The position numbers and the translations under genes are program-made. Below are positions 20,272 through 34,200 of a stretch of DNA of 64,000 nt, one piece after another. Each line of letters starts with the position of its first letter. The stretch's first letter is position 1. The stretch comes from Lepidodermella squamata (lineage: Eukaryota > Animalia > Gastrotricha): NCBI GenBank assembly GCA_047495785.1, contig JBLDXI010000007.1:3224001-3288000 (forward strand). The letters run 5' to 3'. A model generated the notes under the pieces. The model was given only the letters and a program-made list of their open reading frames with translations, was not told where the DNA came from and ran no database searches.

Positions 20272-23147
20272 TTAAAGAACAGTGTACTCGTATAGGACGA
20301 AGAAGTCGTTAGAAGCTCCGTCGTGACTCGGGGGCCGTGGTAAAGAGGGCGCGTTTGAGACGGGTGATATTAGAGGTGTCGCGATGTCCGAAGCTGAGGA
20401 CTGCCTTGGGGTTCGGCGCCTCATCATATCAGGGCTACTCGTCCCAGTTAGGGACCCAGGCGTACCAGCGCCGTTTTCTTTCACCAGAGATCCAGGTTCA
20501 GGCGGAGAGTTGGAATTCTCCAGTATTGCAAGGGATAGCGAATCAATCTGAGGCGTCTGAGGCACAGCGTCAGACGATAGCAACGGCCGTTTACTGTCAG
20601 CATCCTCCCGGTCGAAGGATGACGGCGCTCGGTCTCTAGGCAGCTGCCTACTACCGTTCGCTGTAACTTTCTGAGAATCTTCATAGCCTCTAGCCGAACG
20701 TTTAGTCGGTGTACTTTTTGTCGTGACAGAAGCTAAGGTTTTGTTGCTTGGGTGGTAACTGGTGTTGGTCGAAGGGTTCACAACTGGCCGTTGATTCCCC
20801 GCGCCGGGTCTCGCCTTCCGGAAGCCGAAAAGTTGCGCGACCCCGGCCTGTAATAATTCCAAACTCTAAAACTGATAGCTGAAAGCTGATTTTAGACAAA
20901 CCTTGAACTTATCGTCGAGGAAACAATATACAATAGGGTTTTGAAAGCTGTTGCTCGTCGCGAGCCAATGAATCACCCAATAGATACGCTCTGCCGTTTC
21001 AAAGTGAGCCATAATAAGATCCTCGTGAAAGGACTGAACTATAAAAAATGTATGGAGAGGAAGCCAAGATACTGCGAACAATGCGAAAATCAGCATGAGC
21101 ATCCTCAACACCTAAAAATAGCGAATGTTGGAAAAATCTTCAGAAGATGAGTAACAGGCAAACCTTTTTCTTTGTGTAATTTCGTTTTGCTATAGTGCGT
21201 TCATTTTGGATCAACTCCTGAGACCGCGATAGGACGTAACCCGTAATGCCGTAGATGCATAATAGAACAACCATAGGTAGGAAGTACATGCAAATCATGA
21301 GAGCCCACGTGTAGAAGGCCGCCATTTCTTCGCCCCAGTTCTCGTAGCACATGAGGTAGAGCTTGCCGTCGAAACAGCCGTGGTTGCTCCGCGGCTGCGT
21401 TATAGTCGTGTACAGGTTCGGAGCAGATATGCCAGCAGCTGTCAGCCAAATGCCGCCTATAATTGGCCACACCCATTCCTAAGAAACACGAGAAAATCAA
21501 ACTCCGTCTTGAAATCACTGTGCGAAGTACGAGAGAGGGGGAAGGGGGAAAGGGTGGGGGTACCCCAACTTCCATAACTCTAGGCAAGAAACTTCAAAAA
21601 AGAAACCACAGGGGGACCCTTTAGTTACATCCGAGCATACCCCGTCCCCCTCCTACCCTACCTCGAGTATCCTACTTCATCCATTGCTTCAAATGAAAGC
21701 AAAACATTGTTACCTGGAAGGAAGAGGCTCTCAGCGGGAAAACGATGACCCATAGGCGGTTGAGACCGATGGCCAAGTGAGTCATGATGGTGGCTATAGT
21801 TGCTGAAAGCTGAAGGAAGGTGACAATGCGGCACAGCGGCGAAGTGAACACCCAGCTTTGCAGCAACTGGTAGAGCAGCGTGAACGGCAGGCACATGACG
21901 GCTGACAGCAAGCTGGCGACGCAAATGTTAGTGAGCAAGATGCGCAAGTCCTTAGGCCAGTAGTCGTAGCGCACGAACACGACTATGGCTAGCACGTTGC
22001 CGCCGAAAGACAGAATCAGCGAGGTGGCGTACGCGATGAGGATTATCAGTACGAGGGCGTCGTTCGCGTACGTCGGGCTCCAACCGTCGTCCATAGGTGG
22101 CATAGCTGTTCCTGGACCTTCCTCGTCTTCTGCGAGTGTTGCTAATGGGTAGTAGGATGAGTTGGCGACTGCGTTGCCGAAGCGCAGAACAGCTAGTGAC
22201 GGATTGCTGGAGAACACGACTGGCGGTGGCGTTGAGAATAAGTCAGGGGGCTCAGAAAGGTGCTGATAGCCAGATGCGTTGTAAGACTCGATGAGGTCGA
22301 CATCCCGAACGCAATCTTCCATCAACGTCTGGAACGGGAAATAAAGGTTCAGAAATGTAATTAAAAATAATTTGAGGAGCAGATCATTTGAGCACTTAAA
22401 ATGATACCTAAAATGTAATTTGCCTTATCAATAATGCAAATTGGAATATCTCCAAGTGGAACCGGAAGAAAGCGAAATCCAAAAGCATTACTTCCGTGTC
22501 TTTCTTTTTCTTTCCTATAAAATCCAAGTACCCCAAAGTATTTATTCCAAGGCCGCACTGACCAGAGTCTTTTTCGGGTTTCGGATTCCCTTAGGCCGGA
22601 GGTTTTCAATAATCCATAATCCAAAGATTTCCCAAATCGCTTACAGATAAAATTGCGGAATACTAAACTTGAGGACTCAGAACGCAAAGGTTCCTAAAGC
22701 TTTTGAAAATCGGGAAGTGCGAACCTTATATATCAACATATTCCCTTAAAGCTAAAAACCTGATCAGAAAGAATTGCAAGACCTGTTTTAGGGTGGCTGG
22801 GTGAACCCTTGTCGAGACATACAAAAAGTCTAAATTTCAAGGTTCTAAGCGAGATTCTTGTTTTCCTTGTGAGTTAAATACATTTATTATTCAAATTTAA
22901 AATGAATAAATGGGCCCGGGCCAGTCCAACACCTAAATTGAGGTTTCCAGAACTAAATTTGATCCTCCAGGTCATGATTTCATATCCTAAAAAGTATGGT
23001 TTTCGATATCTACGTCATCCTTTGAATCTCGACTTTGGATTGTCGAACGGTATGAACAGTTCACCAAGTTCACTAAAATATAAAACAAACGAATTCACTC
23101 ACCTGCCGTAGCCACCTGATTATATGGGACGAGTTAGAAAGATCCAT
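20272..23147 (-). CDS. Class A GPCR, tachykinin/RYamide/luqin-receptor-like, divergent
   Basis: Exon 1 23147-23103 (MDLSNSSHIIRWLRQ). TM1 GGN, WVFTSPLC, NRLW in place of DRY, CYENW, YFLPM, FAVSWLPLH, NSFQNPIVYCFL; Ser/Pro-rich tail to 20272. Confidence 0.85.
21516..21686. mobile_element. hAT-like MITE (intronic), diverged inverted copy of the element at 62032-62181
   Basis: 8-bp TSD cttgaaat/cttcaaat; internal aaaccacagggggaccc is the exact reverse complement of a segment near 62087-62103; both termini align to that element. Confidence 0.7.
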
Positions 23148-25878
23148 AAGATCAGGATGGATGCAGAGCTGTTCGCTTGTTAGATCGCGGCGGTGAGTGA
23201 CACATTTATGACGTCCTCATTCTGGTCACATTGAAAAATTGCAATAAAACATAAGACATATCGGTTAAAATCTATAAAAAAATATTGTTAATTGAAATTT
23301 ATTACTGATGGTATTTCGAGTTAGACATGATGCCGGATATAAAACCTGCGCATTACACCTTTGCTTTTTAGCCTGATTCTATTTGTTTTACGCACTAGTG
23401 GTTCATTTTTTCAAGACCGCTCACCGCGCCTACATCCGATATTTGGCGCCATACTACTACTACTACTACTATAGCAGTGGTGTATTAAAATGCATAAAGC
23501 TCGTCTCTCTCTGGTTAATGATGAAAACAATGCTATTAAAAGCTGAGGCGGGAAATAAACTGATGATGTGCTTAGGTGCGCAGTCATTTTTGCGCGCACG
23601 TGGTGTTAAGATGGATGCATACTTAGAAGGTATTATAATATAACACAGATAGTAACCCGCTGTTATGCGGAACCGCGCGTTAAAAATCGAAATCAGAGTA
23701 GACAGTGGGTTATCCAGGCTATATTTTCGCTTTTAAACAAAAATAATATTTTTGGCATGAGAAGAGTGGCAAAAATGAGCAGTTTTATCAAGGAGAAAAC
23801 GCGTTGAAATTTCACATAAAATTAAAAAAAATAGCGAATCTAGAAAATTTCCCATCTATCTTATATAATATTTTCGATTTTAATAAAATTCGAAATTCAC
23901 AGAAAAACTCGGAATTTTTCTTCCCAGGATCGAATTTATCGAGAAACGGTGAAATTTAAAATTTCAGCTATTTTCGAAATTACCTAAAAATATCTTTTAA
24001 ATTTAGCAATTTCAAGCGGAGAGGAAAATTCATTTCGTATTTTTTTTAGAATTTTCGAGCAATTCTTTCTAATCTTCAGATTAAAAAATTTGAAAAATTA
24101 TTTGAAAAATATCGAGCATATTATCGTTTGAATTTAAATTTAAATTTTGTGAGGATTTTTTGGGGAAAAAATCTTCTGAAAGTTGAAATGATCTTTGGCC
24201 CAAGGTAATTGCCTAATAAATTTGCTTCAAAATACTCGTATAACATTAATATATATGGCATAGTACCGCAGTGTATAATTTCTCGCAGCCCTTTAGAGAC
24301 GCACCTAAAAAAACTTTATTGACACAAGACATGAAAGGAAAAGCGATATAAAACTAGCTATACTTTTTACATTGAGAAATTTCGGCAAAAAAATTTGACA
24401 GGTTTGCATGAATGCAAGGTATCACATATCAATGGTCTAATATCACGCTTGACCTGCTCATTAATGCAAGTAAAAATTTTATGAAGTCAATTAATGATTA
24501 AACAATCGCCCAAGTCGATCTAGGCATAAAAGAGCAAATTCTACGAGACGAAAATTTGAAAATTTGTTTGATCGGTTGTGGCAAATTCCTTTATATTCTC
24601 ATTATGCATGAGGACCCAAATTTTCGGTCAGACAATTTGTTATACATAAATATTGTTAAAAAAAATATTTTTTTTTATGTGATGGTAGTAATAATAGTCG
24701 TCGTAGTAATATTAGTAATGCGGCAGCTGCAAATAGTTTTCATTAGGTACGGCCTTAGTTTGGTGCTATTGTCGTAATATTTTGCTGGTAGGCGAATGCG
24801 AAACTGATCCCAGGAGGCGCGGGCCTTATCAAATCGCCATGTAAGGACGGGAAATTCGCAGAAAAAAGAAGAAGCAACATTTTTCGCTCATTTTTGCCTC
24901 GGCCGCATCAATAAGCGATGACGTCGCTATTATCATCTATCTCTGTGTACGTCGCCGTCAGAGATGATAAAAAGTAAATTTTCTACAGCCAAGACGGGGA
25001 AAAAAACGGAAACTATTTCGCCGACTCCGGAAATTGTAATATGCCGCTGTAGCAAAGCAACGACTTAACTCATCGGCTGTTGGGTGACCAATTAACAGTC
25101 ACGCACATTTATTAAATACACCTAAATTCCTAAAAAAAATATTTTAGAGATGAATGCTGATTTCATCAATTATAAATTTTCGATAACTTCGAAAAAAACA
25201 AATGGAACAGTTTGATGTAGGAACAGAATGTACTCAATGCGCACACCGCATTTTTTGCCGCCGAATAAGGAAAAAAAATAATCATGTTTGCAAACAATTC
25301 GTTAAAAGTTCTATTCTTTCAAATATTCCGAGCGTGATTTTTTTCCTCACTTATAATACTCGAAGTAAATTGCTGTGCGATTATTAGATTTTCGAGATAG
25401 TCGGGAATTTTTCGTAGTGAGATAAATTTCTAAAAAAAACATATAGTTTTCGCGCAAAACATGTGACTTGTATTTTTGTCTGTAAAAATGAGTCATGCGT
25501 AACCTCAAGGTGTTTACCTTGTGCGTTAATGTGTGCCAAATAAAAACGTATGTGTGCATGATAAAATTTTATTCTTCAGTGTCAAAAAAAGCAAACAAAT
25601 ATTACAGTAAATAGTGTGAGAAAAAGGCGGTTTTTCAAATATAATCAGAACAAAAACTTATGGTTTTACCTGAGCCATGTGGCATGAATAATTGTTTGTT
25701 AGTTGCGGATGCTCACGCGAAAAAGGTGTGAAAGCCGGCGCTAATTAAGCTGCGCTCACTCACTGAAAAATTCCATCAGAGTTATTGCTAGTATTATTAT
25801 TTCCAGAAATTCACGGCGTTTTTTCATATACAGACACGTCGATTTATCGATTTTAAGATATTATCGCCAGTGCTGAAT

Positions 25879-27522
25879 TCAAAGCGTCTCCTAACAAAAA
25901 ATTATCAATTACGTTATCTATTTGTAAATCCGATAAAAATTGCGAGGACTTGCCTGGAATTGATCTCGGAAAAAGTAATAGATGATCGGGCCCTGCCACG
26001 CCGTGCTGAACGTGGCCCAGTGGCAGAACCAATAGATGCGCTCTATCACGCGCATATTCGCATCGATTTGCGCGTCATCTGTGAACGTGAAGTAAACGAA
26101 GAGTCCGTGCATTGGCAGGGTGGATACAACGAAAAGCCAAAATACAGCTTGCAGCATCGAAAGGATCTGGAATGTTAATGAAAATTGAGAGTAAAACCCT
26201 AGCAAATATCCCATTTCTGGGATTTTTAGATTTCCAAAAAATTTAGAACACGACCCTAATTTTTCAATCATTAATTTTGGATGTGGCTATGTGAACACAG
26301 GAAAAGTGTATCGCCCAATGGCTATGCGTACACTAAGTGCGTGACACACAGCCAAATTTAAGCGCGCGTTGTGTTCAAGTAGCCAATCACGCACACACAA
26401 TGTGTACGTATAGCCAATAGGTAATACACAATCCTGTGTTCACATAGCCATGTCCATTAATTTTTCAAAATCAGGAAAATTGAAAAAAAATATGTAATTA
26501 AACTTGGAAATTCGTATTTTAATTTATAAAATTTCAAAAAATTTCAAAGTTTTCAAAAAAATATTAAAATGTTCAATAAAGTAGGAGATCATTCAATTCT
26601 TACCCGCTTTTTCGCTGCGATATCGCCAACTTCCATGGTGAACCTTAGCGTTATGAGAGCAATCTGGCGAAATCGCTCTTCAAACTCGAGCTCACGCAAT
26701 TTTCTAGCCGCCATGGCGTAAATTGCAGCCAAAACCGAGCAAGGGGCGATAAACATGAATACAAGTAATGCCCAGGTGTAGGCGGTACTTTGATTATCAG
26801 ACCAAGTCTCAGCACAAATCCAATAAAGAGCGCCTTTGAAGCAACCTTTTAGCTTCAAATCAGCGGCAACTAGGCTCGGAGCTGCGAGTATAATCGAGAG
26901 AAACCACGAGAAATAAATGGATTTCCTTGCGTAACTGATCGCAACATCAACTCGATTCGGGAAGTGAATCATCCAGATACGGTTACAGCCGATTGCCAGG
27001 TGGGTGAGGACAATCTCACTCGCGACTACAACCTGGCTGAAAGTGACTATAGGACATAGCCTCGAGTGGAACAGCCATGTGCCTAGGTATTGGTAGGCAA
27101 AGGAAAACGGCTGACAGATGAGTGCTGATATTAGGTTGACAATACAGAAATTGATAAGGAGGGGTCGGACATCATCGGCGAGTGCAAAACGGCGCCGAAC
27201 GAACAGGGTGAGGGCTAGGGTATTGCCGAGCCATGATAGGGTGAGTGAAAATGAGTAGGCGATGAGCAGGATAATTTCCTCGGTTCCAGTCAGAATTCCA
27301 GTCGGCTGCCAGATATTTGTTGAATTATTTGAGCAATTTTCATGGAATGGTACCAATTTCTAAAATAAAAAAATATTAAGAAATTTTCTAAAAAATCCTA
27401 TTATTTTTTTTAATAATTTTCTTGAATTTATAAAATTAATTAATTTTTTTGAATGGACATACCTGCCGTAGGAACATTACCACACCATCGTTCGTATAAT
27501 TTTCAGATATAACCTCGAGCAT
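25879..27522 (-). CDS. Class A GPCR, tandem paralogue of 20272-23147; C-terminal end uncertain
   Basis: Exon 1 27522-27463 ends in the same CTACGGCAG|gt as the paralogue. WLFHSRLC, NRIW, CAETW, FVVSTLPMH, WQGPIIYYFF. Ends either by read-through (25918) or via a GC donor. Confidence 0.8.
26278..26456. mobile_element. Foldback/MITE-like imperfect palindrome in a GPCR intron
   Basis: tggatgtggctatgtgaacacagga versus reverse complement of the right end tggacatggctatgtgaacacagga (23/25); pairing continues imperfectly for ~70 bp per arm. Confidence 0.75.
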
Positions 27523-27910
27523 CAAATAGCGTATTTATCGAAAGCATATAAATCGGCAATAAGCAAGGTAAAATCTGGGTGAGGCCTCTTAGGCCATAAA
27601 AATTAAGCTCATGATATAACAAGGTAAGCAATCCTTTGTTATACGAGACGTTTTTATTACACGTGCGCGCAAAAAATATCGGAGCGAACGCGTGATTCAT
27701 GTTATATTACGGCGGATGCTAAATGCTATAGGTTGTTGTAATAAATAACTCGCGAAAAAATAATTGAATTACGCGGTTATTAACACCCTTAAAATCGACT
27801 AGGGCCACTTATCAACTTCCGATAGATGCGAAGCGTGACATGGAAAAAATACTTTGTGCTAAACATCGGTGCATTTTTCGTGTTTCTGGACTTGAATATT
27901 TTCGCGTAAA

Positions 27911-30900
27911 ATGAGCGAGGAAGCGGCTAAAAATGAGGAAGGCGAGAATCCACCTCAAAATTCTTGCGCTCTTGGCGAACCAGCGCTGTTGACCCTGTTG
28001 AAATCTCTGTCAAGGTAATTTTCTAAAAATCAGCGATGTAGGCTGATTGCTGATTTTTCTAAAATATTCAGTAAGTCGTCGTACGAGCCGAATCAAGAGC
28101 TGGTCGACTTGATGAAGAAGAAGCATGAAGTTCGGTGTGAAGACAACCGATGGACCCAGGGCTTAACACTGCCGGATATTTCTGTCACGAGCCCTTTGAT
28201 CATGGCTATGGACGGGGTAGGACAATTTTAATTCATTTTTTCAGAATTGAAAATTAATTTTCAAGGCCGATGGTGCTGATAAATTACGAGATAATTCACG
28301 CGAAACTTGGCACAAGAAAACCGATTTTCTACTCGCTTTGATCGGCTTCACAGTTGATTTGTCTGGCATGTGGAAATTTCCCTACCTGGTTTTCTCCTGC
28401 GGGGGTAATTTATTTCTGAACGATTCACGTTTTAATTTCGATTTTAAGGTGGAGCTTTCTTTATTCCTTACACGCTGATGCTATTTCTCGGCGGCTTGCC
28501 GCTCTTCTACATGGAACTCGCCCTTGGCCAGTACTACAAGAAGGGCGCGATCACGTGCTGGGGACAGATTTGTCCTATTTTCAAAGGCGTCGGATATACC
28601 CTGGTCCTAATCGCGCTCTACGTCGATTTGTACTACAACGTCATCATCGGCTGGTGCTTGTACTACTTCTTCGCATCATTTTCCCTCGTTTTACCTTGGA
28701 CGCATTGTAACGTAAGCAATTATGCGATTTGATAGCGATTATTTGGGTTTTAAGTTTTAATTCCAACTTGAAAGCTTTAAAGTCAGGAAATAAAATTAAC
28801 AAATTTGACCTAGTTTCAGACTTTGAATCTTCGAAATAATTTCTTTGCAGTTTTTCCAGCTGTATTAATTTTGTGATTTTCTGTCATTTTCAGAACACTT
28901 GGAACACGCCTAATTGCTCGGCTAGCAAGATGACCGACGACGAGAAGCAAGTTGAAAGCACACTACGAGAACACACGCACTCGGTTGTGACCCAGACGCC
29001 GTCGTCATTAGAGTACTTTTTGTAGGTCACCATGATGCGTCTTCTAATTTGACACACATTTTATTGCCTGAATTTTTTTTCAGCCGGGGTGTTTTAGAGA
29101 TCAATAAATCGTCTGGGATAGAAGATTTGGGCGACGTGAAAATCGGAATGCTGGTCTGTGTTAGCGCCGTATTCCTACTCGGCTATTTCGCCCTTTGGAA
29201 GGGCGTCATGGACTCGAGTAAAATCGTCAATTACATGGCAGTTTTTCCATACATCGCGTGAGTTCAGCAAATTTCTCAAAAATCCAAAAATTAACAAAAT
29301 TTATTCTAATCAAATCCGACAGCTTGGTAAATTTTCACAAAATTGTCTGAATTTTTTTTATTCTTGGAATTTTCTGAATTTTTTTATTTTTGGGCACATC
29401 TTTTTGATAATTTTGTACGAGAAATTTTAATTTTTTAAATATTTTTTGAAGCTCCTATTGCTGATAATGTCAGCGACTCTACCCGGATCGCTTACTGGAG
29501 TATTTCACTACCTGTACCCTCAATTCGATAAATTATTAGAGGCCGAGGTCTGGCAAGCAGCTGCTTCTCAAGTTTTCTTCTCATTAGGACCAGGTTTTGG
29601 CGTCCTTCTGTCCTACGCGTCCTATAACAAATTCAACAATCCTATCCATAAGTAATACTAATTTTAATATTTAAGTATTTGAATGAAAAAAATCGAATTT
29701 TTTCAAGAGATGCGTTGTTGGTTACCATGATAAGTTTCGGCACTAGTTTCATAGCCGGGCTCGTTATTTTCTGCGGTCTTGGATTTATTTGCCACAAAAC
29801 GAACAAGCCCATCGAAGAGGTCGCTATTCGAGGAAATGGCCTAGTTTTCGCCATGTTTCCCGAAGTTATCGCTGCCCTGCCCTCGAGCACAATCTTCGCA
29901 CTCACCTATTTCATCATGCTTCTGTGCCTTGGACTAACTAGCTCGGTATACTTTTTTATTAATGTTTTTACAGAATTTTCACAGAATTTGTTTTCTGGAA
30001 TTTTTAGAAATTTCAAAGAATTTTTCTCAAATTTTCAAAATTCACCAGATTTTGTCTTGAATTTTCAAAAATAAATTGAAATTTTTCCAATTTTTTATCT
30101 AATTTTCAGCTCGGCGGATCGATTGCGATAATCACTGCTCTGTGCGATGAATTTCCGCGCCTGTTCGGCCAGCATCGAGGCGCCCTAGTCGCCGCCCTCT
30201 TCATGTCCTTCTTCCTATTCAGCATCCTATGCGTCACCCAGGGCGGCGTTTACATCGTTGAACTGTTCGATTTCTACTGCGCTCAATACTCGATCCTGGT
30301 CGCTGCTTTCGTCGAAACGCTAGCTATATCCTGGTTTTATGGCATAGATAAATTTTCGGAGGATATCAGCGAAATGATTGGCGAGAAACCGAGTGTTTTC
30401 ATGCGCATTTGCTGGCGGCTTGTGGCGCCTGTTTTCATCGTGGTAAAAATTTAGAAAAATTATTGGAAAAATTTGAAAAATAAAAAAATAATCCTGTAAT
30501 TTTTTTAGAATTCTTTTCAGATGAATTGAAAATTTGAAAAAAAATATTTAAAAAATTTGAAATTTAATTCTGAATATTTCAGACGATTTTGGTCATGGGT
30601 CTAATTGGATGGGAGCCTCTAGTCGCTGAGTACGGCTCTGTCTACGTCTACCCATGGTGGGCGAATGCCCTAGGCTGGGCGATGGCCTTCTCGTCACTTC
30701 TATCCATCCCAATCTACGCGATTTACAAGCTCGCTTCATGTCGAGGCTCATTCCGCGAACGCTGGCAGCAAGCAACAATGCCGTGGAGTGTGGAAACCCT
30801 GCGAAATCTGCCTCATCGCGGTGAGATTACGGTTGAGTCCGATCAAACAGTGACCATTGCCCGGCATCGCGACCCGCCGCCGCCACCGCCGAAGAACTTG

Positions 30901-30933
30901 AAAGAAAAATTTCAAGCTCTTGTCGGAATTTAG
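27911..30933 (+). CDS. SLC6 neurotransmitter:sodium symporter, invertebrate dopamine-transporter-like, copy 1
   Basis: [75 protein letters not shown]|LGGS; about 10 exons. Confidence 0.9.
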
Positions 30934-31219
30934 CAACAACATCAAGAGTTGATTGATATTTTCGGCTCCGAAATTTATTGCACGCGCATTAAATACAGGT
31001 GCACGCTTTTATGTATTATTTGCGCTAATCAATTTTTTTGTTCACGCCCGCACTCACAATTCTTTTCTTAGCGCGAAAAAAACACGCGATTGATAGACCG
31101 CAAATATATTTTCTCAATTTCCGCAGTTAGTGGTTTGTGATTAAAAATGTGAGACGTTGAGCGAAATAAAACTGAAAGTAACATAGCCCACTTTATTTGA
31201 ATTTTCGCGTTTGATTTTG

Positions 31220-34200
31220 ATGGGGAAATCTGACAAGAAATCGGACAAGGCTGGAGCGGCGCCGTTGAAGGAAGAGGTCGAGGAGCTAGCGAATCTCGAT
31301 GAAAATGGGGAAGAAGCTCGGCAAGAGGCGGCTAAGGAGGCAATCAAAGTCGAGGAAGAAAAGGAGCAGAGCATCCTAGCTCTTATTCGAGCCTTATCAA
31401 TGTGAGGAATTTATTAGATATTTTTTTTTATTTCTAAAAGTTGAAATTAAATTTTTCATCAATTTTTTTGTCAAGACCAATTTTTGAATCAAAATATTTG
31501 ATTGTATAATTATTTTTCCAGAATTTTCTGAAATAATTTCAGAATTTGTTTGCGCTGAGTTGATTAGTCTCCGTATCACTCGCTATCAATTTGTGAAATT
31601 GAAATGAGACTCCATAGCGTGAGTGAGGACACGTATCAGTAATTTCGATGATTAAACAAACGTGCAGCAACCTACTCGATCCGGTTCAGTTTCACTGTAT
31701 CTGTGGGTGATTTCCGCCACGTATACTCGTGCCTGAATTCAGCTGGCAACAATTATTTAATTTGTTGCGTCAACACAAAAAAAAAATTGAATTAATCGCC
31801 TCATAAAGCTTTAAATCGGGATTTTTCCCGGTATTTAACGCAATTATGCCGGCTATTTGACCAAATTTACTGGTAATATTACGAATAACTGCGATGACGA
31901 GCCCCGCCGCCGCAGCCGCAAATCGCCCGTCCGACCGCCACTCGAGCAATAATGAGCTAGATTTTGTATCTGCGGCCAAAACCGACCCGCAATCGATTCG
32001 TAAGACTAATTGTCTTTTGTCCAGAATTTTCATTGTATTAGCGGGGATTTTTCTCTCAAGTCAAACTAAGTCTAGACTTGACCAGGGAATCACTATAAAT
32101 AGCTAATAATAACTCGCTAAATTTAGGTCGCATGTTCCGATAAAAACTAGGACTCAGATGGAGCACATAACTCAGGAAAAATTCCACCGCACAACCAGGT
32201 AAAAATTCCATATAATTAAAAAAAATCGGAATTTTTATTTTTATGTTATTTTGAATTTTCGAATTTCTTTTCATTGAAAAATGGTTTTTTCGACACATTG
32301 CGAGGCTATATTCTATTGCGCATTCGCGCTTAGGAAATTGGGTCACTTGGAGACATTTCGTGTAATTTTTGATTGTAAAAATATGCAGAAGAATAATGGT
32401 GAATTTATAGTTATGCTATACAAACGCACATGCCCATCACATACTCAATCTACTTGATATTATCTCAATCATGCGATTTCAAGCATTATCGTTTCTTACG
32501 CATGCGCCGCCCGGCTTTTATGCGCATCGCCGTGCGGGCAGCGCAACAGCAGCAGCAAAAAAAAACTTGACGACGAAAATCCGCTAAGATTTTTAAATTT
32601 AACGCACGTCGCCACAGAGCAGCAGAAGCAGCAGCAGCAGTAGTAATAAGAATTCTAGAAACAAATAATCTATAATAATGAAGAGCCATCCTCTTTATTT
32701 ATTATTATTTGTGCACCCTACAGCGCATTGACGCGCGATTTATTGCCTCTAGCGCGCCTCTTGTTAGGTATTACAAGGGGCGGGCGAAACTCAATAAATC
32801 CTCCTTATCAGCTACAAATTTGACGCCTTTTGGCTTTATGCTTAACAGAAATCCTGATTTCTCTCTCATTCGTTCCAATTTTATCGCACCTCATCACTTC
32901 AGGACTGAATTTTTCAAAAAATTTCAAAATTTTAAAAATGAAAAAATTGTCTCAAAAATTTAGGTAAAATCGTGACAAATTTGTAAATTGATTCACCCAC
33001 ATTGTCACGAAGTAATCAAGAATAGGCGTAAATCATCGCATTCGTAGGACACGCTCGTTCGCTTGTTGACGGAAAGGGTGTGTTATTTTTGAGCTCCGTT
33101 CCGTTACGATATAGTTGAACTTTTGAAAGCGCACTCTCTTGGTAATAGGACCTCAGTCGGATGTTCGCACGAGGGGCCGATTTAAAATATCATGAATTAG
33201 CCCCCCTGTCGAGATCAAACCTCACGCACGAAAGTGCACGACCGTAGGCCATTCTTCCGCTCAAATATATTTTATTTATATTTTTGTAAAATCACCTAAA
33301 ATGCTAAGACTTAGCGAATTCGAACCTTTTCCCGTGTCCGAGCGAGGTAAGGCTAAATTTGTATAATATAGGAAGTAATTACTAAATTTTTGAGACTTTT
33401 GGAAAATTTTGAAAAATTTCGGAAATTACTAATAATAATTCGGAAAACGGAAATTATTGAAAAATTCAGTCGCGACGTGTTCTAATTGTCTGCAAAATTG
33501 TCCTCGAAAGAATTTATTAAGCGATGAGCCATAGCGATGGCTAAATTAACCTTCAAATTCGTACTCATCGACAACCGTCAAATCAAAATTGCTGCAAAAA
33601 TTATCACGAAATTATTATCACCATGGCCGTGTCTAACAAGAAAAAACCAGCAGCATCGGTGCCTAGGAAAATTGCCAAGGCGGGCTTTTCGTCGTCGTCT
33701 TCGCTGCGCAAAGCGACGGCCGGCAACGCGCAGCAGCAGCGAAAGCGCGTAACCGCGGCGATAACAACAATCGCGAATGCGACTAATCACAATTATATAA
33801 CCAATAACAAAAAGCCGGCTGATGACAATGCGGACGATGACCGGCGTGATATTTATTCTTGGTTAGATGACAAAGAACGGCAGAGTTTTCGCACCAGGTA
33901 AGCCCTAGCCAGCTGATACGTGTCACGTGATCGGGTTTTTTCCTGATCCCCGCGTGACCTGGAAAAAACACACTCACTATTGTCAGCTCTCATCTTTCAT
34001 CTAGGACTTGTACGCACACTAATCTTTTGTGTCCCACCGTAAATTAAACTTGAAAATTCATTCATTTTTTAAGATTTTAATAAATTCCAGTTTCTTAATT
34101 TTTTCATAATAATTTAATTCTGGAAAAATAATATTTGTCATTTTATTCTTATAATGAGTACATTATTTGTCTGATAAATTCAATCAGTCGTGGGTCTACT

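Noticed and set aside
23383-25560. Short ORFs with poly-Tyr, poly-Val or similar runs
   Set aside because: Arise from (tac)n/(gta)n simple repeats in AT-rich intergenic DNA; no splice or domain support.
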